Below, piece after piece: positions 25,296-38,225 of a stretch of 64,000 bases of DNA. Both the position numbers and the translations under genes were made by a program. Position 1 is the stretch's first letter; every line of letters starts with the position of its first letter. Location: NCBI RefSeq assembly GCF_018350175.1, contig NC_058383.1, positions 22,198,001 to 22,262,000 on the forward strand. The letters run 5' to 3'. Origin of the DNA: Felis catus (taxonomy: Eukaryota). A model generated the notes under the pieces. It did no database searches. It was not told where the DNA came from and saw nothing but the letters and a program-made list of their open reading frames with translations.

Positions 25296-26090
25296 GCTAG
25301 GGCAACATTCATCCCAATTTGCCCAGGACAGCCTCAGTGTATACCTGTTGTTCCTTTACTCTCAAAGTGAACTCTACTTCGGACAATGGATTTGATGGTG
25401 ACTGTAAATTCGGAGGACAGCAGTGTTAGGGCAGAATGTAGAGTACGCGACAGAGGCTCAACAAATGTTGATTTCCCTTTCTCCTTGGGGAAAATTCAAA
25501 TCAAATTATGTAACTATCAAATTATAATCAACTTATATCTCTGGCCTAGGAGAATATCCCTCCACTGCAATGTTCATGCAAATGAATCTGGAGGAGGTAC
25601 TAAGAGAGCAACAGGTAATCTGAAACCAGATGCGACACATCTACTTGGAAGCTTCCTGTTATGACTTGCCTCTCCATTCTGATCCAGCCACCTGGAGCCT
25701 CACGTGGGACGTTTTGTCGATCTCATTGAACCCTCTGATACCTCAACTCTTTCCTTTGCTCTGCTCCATCTATGCACTGCTATGGTATGACTTCTTTCCT
25801 GACCCTGCCCATATAGAGAAACCTTCCAGTCATTCTGGCCAGGGACTTCCCCATCTTCACCACATCTAGTCTTTGCAACAGCATCCTCTCTGCATCCCTC
25901 GGACCATCCGTGACACACAGCGTAGAGAGTGTTCCTGGAAAAAGCATCCTACGTGGGGCTTGGTACCACCATACACACACTCCTCGTCTCCAACCACAAC
26001 TTGGTCCTCCACACTTCCTGTCTGCCCTATGGGGTGTCCCTAATCAACTGTCTGTCCCATTCTCTGCAGAAACATTAGGAATTCCCATTT

Positions 26091-26334
26091 TTTTTAATGT
26101 TTGTTTGTTTGTTTATTTAATTATTTAATTATTGTAGAGAGAGAGAAAGAGTGAGAGAGAGAACACAAGTGGGGGAGGGACAGAGAGAGGGAGACACAGA
26201 ATCTGAAGCAGGCTTCAGGCTCTGAGCTGTCAGTCAGCATAGAACCCACAATGTGGGGCTTGAACTCATGAACTGTAAGACCGTGACCTGAGCTGAAGTT
26301 GGGCGCTCAACCAATGAAGCCACCCAGGCGCCCC
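26091..26334 (-). mobile_element. Can-SINE
   Basis: TSD tagga(a/g)ttcccatttt. Confidence 0.92.
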
Positions 26335-27184
26335 ATAGGAGTTCCCATTTTTAAGGCTCTCATCAGATTCCCATTCCTTCTCATTCACTTGATGATCTTC
26401 TGTTCCCTATGTTTGTGTCATGGATTTCTAGTTCCATTATGGAAATGTGGGCTGAGTAATTTGTGGGCATTGGTGGGGGGGGGCAGGATTTAATGAGGTT
26501 TCCCTTGAAAATTAACATATCACCAATCTTGTGCATACTAGAAGATTGTCTCATTAGAGGGTACAGGCTTCAAGATAGAGATAATTAGTAATGACTCTAG
26601 TAATATTATTTAAAGTCACCTATATCCACATTTTTTTAATCTGTTTTATGTGTCAAAGCCTGGCAAAGTATGTTTAAAACCCTCTAACAAGAGGTGTTTT
26701 TTTCTGTACATTTCTTTGTTCATTTCTACTGGTTTTTGCTTTATGTATTTTGACCCTATGTTATCTGAGATTCATCACCACTTCTCAGTCTTAGAGTTAC
26801 CTTGCACAATTAAAATATGCTTTGTGTACAGTTTATTATTTGTCTTGAACCCTACTTTGAATACAGGTGCTTTTCCATTTGCCCTGGCCTTTTCTCCAGG
26901 AACATCTGATACCCTTTTACCTCTGGATATTGTTTGTCCTCTACATCTATCACTTTTTCATGATTGTATTCATTTCTTTGTCTCTTTCCTCCACCCTCTG
27001 GGAGCGATCCTTAAAATTTGTTTCCATATTACTGATTATATTTTATGCAGTAGGCATTCCTGCATTCACTGTTCTATGCATTTTAATTTATTGTTTTAAA
27101 TTACCTGGTATCATAACATGATATCCTTCTTGTTTATGCCTTCTTCTTGACCAGCTCCTTTTTCATTTCAGTCTATTGATTTAT

Positions 27185-27214
27185 TCCCTCCTGCCCTCCC
27201 TCCCTCCCTCTCTC

Positions 27215-27262
<48 letters not shown>

Positions 27263-27295
27263 CCTTCTTCCCTCCCTTCCTCCTTCCTCCTTCCT
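27185..27295. repeat. Polypyrimidine/(CT)n microsatellite
   Basis: Read directly. Confidence 0.9.
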
Positions 27296-27547
27296 GCCTA
27301 TGGTATTTATTTAGTTTTTTAAACTGGCATTCAGTAAAACTGACTTTTTCTTTTGATATATAGTCCTGTGAATTTTAACACATGTATAGATTCATGTAAC
27401 CATCATCCAACCAGGATACAGTTCTGCCAACCCCTAAAAAATCCCTTGTGCTGCCGTCTGTGGTCACAACCTCCACCAACTCTCAGTGCCTGGCAACTAC
27501 TGATTGTTTCCCATCACTATGGTTTTATCTTTTCAAGAATGGTACAT

Positions 27548-27740
27548 GGGTGCCTGGGTGGCTCAGTCAGTTAAGTTTCCGACACTTGATTTCAGCTCAG
27601 GTCATGATCCCAGGGTCATGAAATCAAGTCCTGCATCAGGCTCTTTGCTGAGTGTGGAGCCTGTTTGAGAGTCTCTCCCTCTTTCCCTCTCCTCCTCTCC
27701 CCTGCTTGGACTCTCTTTCTCTCTAAAAATAAAATTTAAA
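27548..27740 (+). mobile_element. Can-SINE
   Basis: gggtgcctgggtggctcagtcagttaag head; catgatcccagggtcatg older subfamily motif. Confidence 0.88.
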
Positions 27741-28299
27741 AAAAGGTATATAAATGGAATCATATAGTATGCAACCTTTTGAGACTGGCTTCCTTCACTC
27801 AGCATAATGCCTTGTGAGAGTCATCCAAGTTGTATGTATGAGTAGTTAATTCCTTTTTATTGATGACTAAGTAGTATTGTGCTGTACGGAGGTACCATTT
27901 GGTTATCCGTTCATGTGATGAAGGACATTTGATGAAGGACATCTGAATGGTCTCTAGTTTTTGATGATTATGAATAAAACTACTACAAATATTCATAGGT
28001 TTTTGTGTGAACATAAAGTTTTATTTCTCAAGGGTAAACTCCTAAGAGTGGCATCATTAAGCCATATGGTATATATGTACATTGCCACTGGCAATGACTG
28101 AGAGAGTTCCTTTTGCTCTGTATCCCTACCAGCACATTGTATTCACAGTATTTATTGCCATTACTATTTTAGCCATTCTAATAGGCGTGTAATGGTATCT
28201 CACTGTGGCTTTTTCATTTCCTTAATTTCCAATGGTATTGAATATCTTCTCAAGAATGAATTTGCCATCCTTATATTATCTTTGATGGTATATTTGTTT

Positions 28300-28516
28300 A
28301 AGTCTTTTGTTTTTGTTTTGTTTTTGTTTTGAGAGAGAGACAGGGAGGGAGGGAGAACGAACATGAGGGTGGGGGACAGAAAGAGAGGGGGCAGAGGATC
28401 TTAAGTGGGCCTTGCACTGACAGCAATGATCCCAATACTAGGCTCGAACTATGAACTGTGGTATCACGACCCAAGCCGAAGTCGGACACTTAACCAATTG
28501 AACCACCCAGGTGCTA
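28300..28516 (-). mobile_element. Can-SINE
   Basis: Reverse-complement SINE with (TTTTTG)n tail. Confidence 0.85.
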
Positions 28517-29146
28517 CTGGTTTGTTTTTAGTGAGGCTGGTGTTTTCAAGCTTATGAGTCTGAGAATTCTTTACTCTGGATACAAGTCCTTTGTCAGATA
28601 TGTGATTTGCAAATATTTTCTTCCAGCTTGTAGCTTGTCTTTTCATTCTAGAACAGTGTCTTTTGCAGAGCAAAAGATTTTTTTCAATTTGAATGAAGTC
28701 ATTTTATAATTTTTTTCTTGAGTCATGTTTTCAGTGTCATGTAGAATTCTTTGTGTAACTCTAGGTCATAAAATTTTTCTCCTGTGTTTCTAAAGTTTCA
28801 TATCTTTACATTCTACATTTAGATCTATGACCTACTTTCAGTTACTTCTTATATAAAGTATGAAGTGAAGGTCAAGGTCCATTTTGTTTGCATATGTCTG
28901 GTCAATCATTCCAACGTCATTTGTCAAAAGACTACTCTTTTTCCATTTGTTTTTTTTTTAACTTTTTTTTTAATCAATTGGCCATATTTGTGTGGGTATA
29001 TATGGACTCTCTACTCTGTTCCAGTCATTTACATATCTATCCTTTTGCCAAAACCACAATATTCAAATGCTGAACCTTTACATAGTAAGTTTTAAGACTG
29101 TACTGTGATTCTTCCAATTTCATTTTTCATTTTAAAACAGACAATA

Positions 29147-29304
29147 GGGGTGCCTGGGAGGCTCATTCGGTTATGTGTTCGGTTTCTGTTCAAGTCACGA
29201 TCTCACAGTTTGTGAGCTCCTGTGTGGGGCTCTGACTGAGAGCTCAGAGCCTGGAGCCTGCTTCAGATTCTGTGTCTCCCTCTCTCTCTGCCCCTCCCCC
29301 ATTT

Positions 29305-29343
<39 letters not shown>

Positions 29344-29363
29344 GAAATAAACATTAAAAAAAT
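29147..29363 (+). mobile_element. Can-SINE
   Basis: TSD aaaacagacaata. Confidence 0.92.
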
Positions 29364-29624
29364 AAAACAGACAATAAAGTCTATAGTTCAATCTATAAGA
29401 ACTGACATCTGTACTATGCTGAGTCTTCCAATCCATGATCATGGTATGTCTTTTCATTTATACAGATATTCTTTATTTCAGTGTTTTGTAATTTTCAGAA
29501 TAAAGATCCTAGACATGTTTTGTTGGATTTATATCTAAATATTTCATTTTGGGGGAGTTACTGTAAAAATTTTTTTTTCAGTTTTGTTTCTAATTGTTTA
29601 CTACTGATATATGGATTAACAATT

Positions 29625-29835
29625 GGAGCACATGAGTGGCTCAGTTTGTTAAGCACCCAACTCTTGATTTTGGCTCTGGTCATGATCTTGCTGTTTGTGA
29701 GTTTGAGCCCCTGCACTGTCAGTGCAGAGCCTGCTTGAGATTCTCTGTCTCTCTCTCTGCCCTTTCCCCACTTGCATTCTCTCTCTGTCTCTCTGTCTCT
29801 CTTTCTCTCTCAAAAATAAATAAACATAAAAAATT
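29625..29835 (+). mobile_element. Can-SINE
   Basis: Degenerate head, (CT)n, aaaataaataaacat tail. Confidence 0.88.
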
Positions 29836-29870
29836 TTAAAGGTGTTTATTAAAAAAAAAAAAAGAATAGA

Positions 29871-30123
29871 GGGGCTCCTGGGAGGCTCAGTCAGTTAAGT
29901 GTCTGACTTCAGCTCAGGTCATGATCTCACAGTTCATGAGTTCGAGCCCCCTGTCAGGCTCTGTGCTGGCAGTTCAGAGCCTGGAGCCTGCTTCAGATTA
30001 TGTGTCTCCCTCTCTCAAAATAACTCAAAATAAACTCAACATGGATGAAAGACCCCACCCCACTCATGCTCTGTCTCTCTCTCAAAAATAAACATAGAAA
30101 AATAATTAAAAAATAAAATTAAT
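29871..30123 (+). mobile_element. Can-SINE carrying an internal L1-derived patch
   Basis: TSD aaaaagaataga; foreign segment at 30016-30054. Confidence 0.9.
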
Positions 30124-30129
30124 AAAAAG

Positions 30130-31885
30130 AATAGAAAACTTATGAAAGAAATTGAATAAGACACAGAAAAATAGAAAAATATTCCATGCTCCTCAAATGG
30201 AAGGAAAATATTGTTAAAATGTTGATACAACCCAAAGCAATCTACATATTCAATGCAATCCCTGTCAAAATAACACCAGCATCCTTCACAGAGCTAGAAC
30301 AAACAATCCTAAAATTTGTATGGAACCAGAAAAGACCCCGAATAGCCAAAACAATCCTGAAAAAGAAAATCAAAGCTGGAGGCATCACACTCCCAGGCTT
30401 CAAGATGTATTACAAAGCTGTAATCATTAAGAACAGTATGGTACTGGCACAAAAACAGACACTTATATCAGTGGAACAGAATAGAGAACCCAGAAATGGA
30501 CCCACGAATGGATGGACAACTAATCTTTGACACAGCAGGAAAGAATATCCAATGGAATAAAGACAGTCTCTTCAGCAAATGGTGTTGGTAAGACTGGACA
30601 GTGGCATGCAGAAGAAAGAGCCTGGACCACTTTCTTACACCATACACAAAAATACACTCAAAATGGATGAAAGACCTAAATGTAAGCCAGGAAGCCATCA
30701 AAATCCTCGAGGAGAAAGCAGGCAAAAACCTCTTTGACCTCAGCCACAGCAACTTCTTACTCAACACATCTCTGGAGGCAAGGGAAACAAAAGCAAAAAT
30801 GAACTATTAGGACCTCATCAAGATAAAAAGCTTCAGCACATTGAAGGAAACAGCAAAACTAAAAAGGCAACTGACAGAATGGGAGAAGATATTTGCAAAT
30901 GACATATCAGCTAAAGAGTTAGTACCCAAAATCTATAAAGAACTTACCAAACTCAACACCCAAAAAACAAATAATCCAGTGAAGAAATGGGCAAAAGACA
31001 TGAATAGACACTTCTCCAAAGAAGACATCCAGATGCCCAACCGACACATGAAAAAATGCTCAACATCACACATCATCAGGGAAATACAAATCAAAACCAC
31101 AATGAGATACCACCTCACACCTGTCAAAATGGCTAAAATTAACAACTCAGGCAAGGATGCAGAGAGAGAGAATCTTTTTTTGCACTGCTGGTGGGGATGC
31201 AAACTGGTGCAGCCACTCTGGAAAACAGTATGGAGTTTCCTCAAAAACTTAAAACTATAACTACGCTACGACCCAGCAATTGCACCACTAGGGATTTACT
31301 CAAGGGACACAGGTGTGCTGTTTTGAAGGAGCACATGCACCCCAATGTTTATAGCACTGCTATCGACAATAGCCCAAGTATGGAAAGAGCCCAAATGTCC
31401 ATCGATGGATGAATGGATAAAGAAGATGTGGTATATATATACAATGGAGTATTACTTGGAAATAAAAAAAAAATGAAATCTTGCCATCATGGATGGAACT
31501 AGAGGGTACTATGCTAAACGAAATAAGCCAGTCAGAGAAAGACAAATATCATATGACTTCACTCATACGAGAACTTTAAGACACAAAACAGATGAACATA
31601 AGGAAAGGGAAGCAAAAATAATATACAAACAATGAGGGGGACAAATCATAAGAGACTCTTAAATACAGAAAACAGACAGAGTTGCTGGAGGGGCTGTGGG
31701 TGGGGGCATGGGCTAAATGGGTAAGGGGCATTAAGGAAGACACTTGTTGGGATGAGCATTGGATGTTATACATAGGAGATGAATCACTGGAATCTACTCC
31801 TGAAATCATTATTACACTATATGCTAACTAACTTGGCATGTAAATTAAATGTAAATTAAAAATAAATAAATAAATAAATAAATAA
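30130..31885 (+). mobile_element. 5'-truncated carnivore/felid L1 (about 1.75 kb, disrupted ORF2 3' part plus 3' UTR)
   Basis: ORFs 30186, 30601 and 30841 give ORF2 peptides ([69 protein letters not shown]) broken by frameshifts. Confidence 0.95.
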
Positions 31886-31960
31886 AAAGGAAAGAAAGGA
31901 GGGAGGGAGGGAGGGAGAGAGGGAGAGAGGGAGGGAGAGAGAAAGAGAGAGGGAGAGAGG

Positions 31961-32026
<66 letters not shown>

Positions 32027-32052
32027 GAAAGAGAGAAAGAAAGAAAGGAAGA
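31860..32052. repeat. Compound (TAAA)n(GGGA)n(GA)n(GAAA)n repeat at the L1 tail
   Basis: Read directly. Confidence 0.9.
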
Positions 32053-33859
32053 AAATTGACATTTGTGTGTTGACTTGTATCTGGCAACCTATTTAAACTT
32101 ATTCTTTCTAGAAGGTTTTTTGGTAGACTGTGTGGATTTTCTACACAAACAATCATGTTATCTGTGTTTACAGCCAATTTTATATTTTCCCGTCCAATCT
32201 GTATTTATAATTTTTTATTTCTTATTGTCTTATTGCACCGGTTAAATCTTCCAGTATGATTTTGAATAGAGTGGTGAAAGGGACATATTTGTTTTGTTCC
32301 ATAGCTTATGCAGAAAGCATGTGGTCTTTCACTATTAAGTATGTTGTAGATTTTCTACAGATGATCTTGATCAAGTCAAGGAAGTTCCCTTCTATTTCTA
32401 GAATGCTAAGAACTTTCATCTAAGTGGATATTAAATTTTGTCAAATGTTTTTCGGCATCAATAGATATGTTCATGTGTTTTTTCTTTCTTTAGATTATTA
32501 ATATGATGGATTACATTAATTGATTGTTTATTACTTAAACAGCCTTGCAGTCCCAGAATAAAAGTCACTTGGTTGGGGTATATTATTGTTTTTACATATT
32601 TCTGGATTTTATTTATTAATATTTAGTTGAATATTTTTGCAATTATGTTCATAAGGAATATTTTTCTGTATTTTTCTTGTACTGTTTTTGTCTGGTTTGG
32701 GTCCCAGGGTAATGCTAGCCTCATAAAATAAATTAAGAAGAGTTCCTCTTCCTCCATTTTCTAGAAGAATAAGTGTTATTTCTTCTTTAAATATTTAGTA
32801 GAATTCCACAATGTAAGTTTCATTTCAAGCACTTCTTTATCTGGATGCTGCAAATTTTGATGTGTTATATTTTCATTTTCTTCATTGGTTCAAAATATTT
32901 TCTAATTTTCCTTGAGATTCTATCTTTGAACCATGGGTTATTTGGACATTTGTTTTTTAATTTCCATATTTTCCCATGAGGCTCTACTCCCATGATTTTA
33001 ATATCTACCTAAAAACTCTTTACTGAGCTATAGAACATTATACACAACTGTCTAATGTATATCTAGTATTGGATGTCCCATAAGTACATCAACTCAAAAG
33101 GTCCAATAATATTATCTCCCTGTTCTCTCCCATCACCATGTCTGCTCCCCCTCTTTCAATGTCACTCTTGATGAGTGCTCAACCATCCACCCAACTGTCG
33201 AAGTGAGAAATCTGGAAATCTCCCTGGTCTCCTCCTCCTGGTGCAACCTCACCTATGACTATGTACTGTTCATTCTACCTCTTTGTCACTTCATGTACCT
33301 GAGCCTTTCTTATTATCCATACAGCTACCATCTTAATAGTAATAACTGTGTCACAGGGTTACTGTAATTATCAGGTTAAATTTGAAGCCTGTAAAGTGCC
33401 TGGTATTGTCCTTGGCAGGTAATGAGTGATTAGTAAATAGCAGTCGTCATCTGGTTGTAGTTTGGGCACTCATTTTTTTCTTTCCTGGTGAAATTAAGAT
33501 CCTCCTAGTTGGTTTCTTGCCTACAGTCTTGCTCCATCCAGCCCTTCCTCCACACCCCCACACCAAAGCGATCTTTCAAAAACTCAAGTCTGAACACATA
33601 CTTTCTAAACTAAATCCTTCATAGTTTTAGAAAATCTATTAATATTATTCACTCTAAAACTAGGTCAAGGGAGAAAATGTCTCCAAAAATTACAAAAGGA
33701 AAGTGACAAAATTCAATAATCATTCTTTTTTTTTTAACCTTTAGAAAAATGGGAATAGATGATTGCTTTTCTTGGTAAAATAAATACATCAAAGGCCTTC
33801 ATCACACTTATTGGTACAACTCTAGAGGCATCTCCATTTCCATTAAGACCACAATCAAA

Positions 33860-34063
33860 GGATTGCCTGGGTGGCTCAGTCGGTTAAGTGTCTGACTTTG
33901 GCTCAGGTCATGATCTTGTGGTCAGTGAGTTCGAGCCCCACATCAGGCTCTATGTCAGCTCAGAGCCTGGAGCCTGCTTCAGATTCTGTGTCTCCCTCTC
34001 CCTCTGCACCATCCCCCCACCTCATGCTCTGTTTCTCTCAAAAATAAATAAACATTAAAAAAA
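33860..34063 (+). mobile_element. Can-SINE (outer element)
   Basis: TSD aagaccacaatcaaa at 33845-33859 and 34312-34326. Confidence 0.92.
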
Positions 34064-34065
34064 TA

Positions 34066-34293
34066 TTTTTAATTTTTTTTTCAACGTTTTTTATTTATTT
34101 TTTTTTTTGGGACAGAGAGAGACAGAGCATGAACGGGGGAGGGGCAGAGAGAGAGGGAGACACAGAATCGGAAACAGGCTCCAGGCTCTGAGCCATCAGC
34201 CCGGAGCCTGACGCGGGGCTCTAACTCACGGACTGCGAGATCGTGACCTGGCTGAAGTCGGACGCTTAACTGACTGCGCCACCCAGGCGCCCC
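34066..34293 (-). mobile_element. Young felid Can-SINE inserted antisense into the tail of the previous SINE
   Basis: Lies inside the outer TSD; near-consensus and CpG-rich. Confidence 0.94.
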
Positions 34294-36066
34294 AGAAAAA
34301 AACTTTTTTTAAAGACCACAATCAAATTAAGAATGCCCACCATCACTATAATTTAACATCATTCTGGGAGTACCAACCAATGCAATTACATAATAGGAAA
34401 GTATTAAGAGGCTTAGACATTGGAAAAGAAAAGACAAAATTAGCTAGTATTATCCAAATTGTATCCTAGAGAAATTCCTCAATGGTCCTGGCATGTGACT
34501 GACATTCTCCTTCTGGTTTGCAGCCTTCATAAATTTTTCCCATTTTCAATCTCTTAGTCATTCAGTGGGAATTTGGATGAAGGAGAAGTTAAATATATGG
34601 TCTCAGCTGAACATGAATTACTTTTTTTAATTAGGAAAAAAAATGTTACTCTAAATCTGAAAGAACTCACTGCTTAATGGAAGGCCAGTCTTGTGCACAT
34701 AATTCTTAATAAACTAGCACTGGATACAGCTTGGAGGCTCCAAGATTCAGTCAGCTGCTTTCCTTAACTTCTGACCTCCAACTCTCATGCTCTGTTGCTG
34801 CGTTCTCCTTGGAACCCAAAACCTGGGAAGCTGGCAGCTCTGTACTCCCCTAAGCCCAGTTCAGTGTCATCCATTCTCTACGAAGGTTTCTCTGGTCACT
34901 CAGGGTGCTGCAATTCCCAGGGCTGCTCGACACTCACTGACTCTATACAACCTCACCCCACCCTCCTGGGGAGGCTCTGATTTGGTCTTCTTTGAGGTCT
35001 CACAAGCCCGGTCTCTTCATACCTGGTATTCCCCAGTGGCGTGGGCAATATCACTGCCAGGTTCTCCTCCCCACCCAGGGATGCAAGGCTTGATGGAGAC
35101 AGAAGAGGAGCTCTTCAGACCAGCTTGGAAAAACAAGAATAAACCCTGCTCCCATGCACATCTGTTCCCCTGAGGCTGGCCCTGGGGGTCTTTCCTTATG
35201 CGTAGGACAGATGGCTTGTGAGTAAGGCATCCAAAAAGCTAGTTTTGGTTCTTGTTTGGAGACCATCTCATGCCCCAACTTGAGAGAAAACAAAGACAGA
35301 TGAGGCTTACAGCTTCTTCACCCACAACCTTAGGACAGGAACCATGATGGTGTGCCTGGGCCAACCGCCCCCCCCGCCCCCCACCCCCAGCACTAAATGC
35401 AGCAGAAACACCAGGCGGATGCCGTTCAAACCCTCAGCTGCAGAGGCTGCTGACATGGCTCTAGGCACTGCTTCACAATGTGATTATTTCTAAAGATGTG
35501 ACATAAATACTAACATGGGGTCCCTGGAGCTGTAGAGTCGCTACTTGGCAGCTTAATTTGGACATTCAATCAAAACTGTCCGTCGGCAGCTTTGCACATT
35601 CCAAGCAGCAAGGGCCAGAAGCCCCGCAATCTGCTCTCTAAGTGATGGGTTTAATTTCCAGAGGCTTGGGACAAAAGCCTACCCAGCTCCAAGGAAGGCG
35701 GGCTTACCTCCCTTCTCTAGAGAAAAGTACATATTTTCTTATTTCTTCAATGGGCTCCCTGCTTTGATAGAAGAGCCCTATCTGCGTTAACCACATCACT
35801 GAATCATGGAATCCAACGGATTTTTTAAAACTTGACAGCCACATTCCCATGCCATGTTCCCCAGGCAGTCAGAGGAAAGGGCTGTCATTTGAAGATAAGT
35901 TTTCTGTTTCTTCAACTGTCATACGGGGGCGATGGGGGAAGAAAACATCTGTTAAGATGAGTCCCAACAGGGGAATGTTCCCCCTTATGTGCTGTCAAAC
36001 ATCCTCAATGGTGCAGAAGCACTAAAAGAGGGAGATTTTTCCTGCTGGATTCACTTACCCTAAACG

Positions 36067-36135
36067 GATGGATGGATGGATGGATGGATGGATGGATGGA
36101 TGGATGGACAGATGGATGGGTTGGGTGGATGGATG
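36067..36135. repeat. (GGAT)n microsatellite
   Basis: Read directly. Confidence 0.92.
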
Positions 36136-36268
36136 ATTAAAGCAATGGGTCTTAACCAAGCTGAGAGAGACTGCCATCCTTCCCACTTTTTTATTATAAT
36201 TTTACCAAACTATTCACATCCCAAGGCCATTGTGGCACCTACTGAATATTTACCACCTTCCCTCACTC

Positions 36269-36270
<2 letters not shown>

Positions 36271-36318
<48 letters not shown>
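36271..36318. repeat. (CA)n microsatellite
   Basis: Read directly. Confidence 0.95.
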
Positions 36319-37342
36319 TTATATTCAAAATACTTCCAAAATGGCATAGCCCAGGCACCTGCTAACCAGTACTGATGCCATCGTCAGCACTGGAACAGGG
36401 TCTTGGAGGCCGCTGATTTGTCCAGGTGCTGACTTTCATTACTGGGCTGTGGGGAGGTTCACGGAGGATCCCAGGAGAGTAGCTGAGACAGTGAGGAGGG
36501 CCAACTTGGGAGGACCACAACTATCTGCCCGCTGATGCAGAATATTGCTGGTGTGTTCTGAAAGAAGGTCTATCCTAACTGCACTAAGACACTCATGCAC
36601 ATCTGATGACCATTTATAAAAGGGTGCACAGCTGGGATGAGGAGCGTTTTATTGCTTCCGGTCTATCACAGCCCCATCCTATGCCTCTGCCTGATAGTCC
36701 AAGCTCAGCTCAGACCCAGGTGAACACTCCGGGGACCCTAGCTCGCTGAGAAAGAGCCCTGGGATGTTTACTTCTGCAGTTCAAACAACTAGTTTGAGGC
36801 ACACTTGTGGCTGGGCAATATGTTGAGGTTTTAAGTGATGTATTTCTTCCACTTTGCATTTCATTGAATTCTGTCACTCACCTGGGAGGCCCTTCCCTCC
36901 CACCCCCTACCACACAGCTAGATATGAGTCATTTGTGCCTCGGGGAGAAGGTTGCCAAGGTATGACTGAGGGACAAAGGCAGCAAAGTCTTGGCTTTTTA
37001 ATTCTGGAAGCTTCCGTCTCTACCTTCGTTGCCATCAGACCTCTTTTAAAAGCAAAGCCCCAGAACGGTAGGGAGAGTACAGAAAGCAGCAGGTATCACT
37101 CCTTTGGACTCTGAATTCGTTCCACCTTTCTCCTTCAGCCAGAAAAGCCGAAGCTCCTATGCACGTCCCCTCATGAAACAGCCTTCCAGGAGCCTCCCCA
37201 GCCTGCCAATCCTGGAAAGAGGTGGGAGTCCAAATCCCAAATGGGCTTAGCTGGGACATAAATAAGACCCACATGGTTTCCAACAAGCTCAAAACAACTC
37301 CCCTTTCCCTCACACCATGAAATGAGAAATGCTATTCCAGGG

Positions 37343-37550
37343 AAGTGGTTCTCAAAGTGCGGGGAGTGGGCGGGGGAGGGTGTCCCAGACCAGAAGCATC
37401 GGCATCTCCTGGGAACTTGTTAGACAGGCAAATTCCCAGGCCTCACCCCAGACCTCCTGAATCAGAAAGTCTGGGGGGGGAGCCCTGCAATGTGTATTTT
37501 TACACACCTTCTAGGTTATTCTGATGCACACTCAGGTATGACAACCATTG
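37343..37550. mobile_element. MER5A-like hAT MITE
   Basis: gtggttctcaaagtg...cctgggaacttgttaga...gaatcagaaa...ttctgatgcacactc. Confidence 0.8.
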
Positions 37551-37559
37551 CTCTCAACC

Positions 37560-37740
37560 TGCTCTGTCCAACAGAACCTCCTGGGAGGATGGACATGTCT
37601 ACCGTCCAGTACAGTTGCCACCGGCCACATGTGGCTATGGAGTACTTGAAAGGTGATGATCGTGTCCCAGGAAATGTTCTTCGGCTTTTGAAATTTTCAC
37701 TCACAGCCACATGAGTGGCTGCCATGTTGTATGGCACAGC
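37560..37740. mobile_element. MER3-like hAT MITE
   Basis: ctgtccaacagaac...gccacatgtggctat...gagtacttgaaa. Confidence 0.65.
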
Positions 37741-37999
37741 TTAGACCATTGCGTCAGACTCCTGACGGATACCGCTGCCTTCACCCTGTCTTCCTTCCAG
37801 GTCAGCCTGTGAGCTGCAGACAAATTAATCTTCCTAAAGCACAGACCTTACCATGTCATCCCTACTCTCAAAAAAATCCTCAGTGACTCACCATTGCCTA
37901 CTGGTTTCCAGTCCATGTTCTTTTCGTTCTTTTTTTAAGAAGCTGAAAATGATTTATTCCCAGATATGATAGAAATAAAGGTTAAATAATAACAACTAG

Positions 38000-38225
38000 T
38001 GGCAAATAAGCTCTTGCTACGAGCCAAGCACTGTTCTCAGCACACATAGTATCTCATGTAGTTCTCCCAAAAGTCTCATGATGTGAATATTACCATTTCC
38101 CCCATTTTACCGATGTGGAAACTGAGCAGAGGTTAAATGACTCGTCCCAGGTCACATAGATGGTGACCGTACGGCAGGGATCTGAGCTCAGGCCGTCTGG
38201 CTTCAAGACTGTATCGTTAACCATG
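38000..38225 (-). mobile_element. MIR
   Basis: ccccattttaccgatgtggaaactgag...cccaggtcacataga. Confidence 0.75.

Larger units (their letters stand above)
27330..32970 (-). mobile_element. Old L1M (3' UTR plus ORF2 remnant) hosting several nested younger insertions
   Basis: T-rich antisense L1 motifs: tggcttccttcactcagcataatg, cctttgtcagatatgtgatttgcaaatattttc, cccagggtaatgctagcctcataaaa. Confidence 0.8.
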
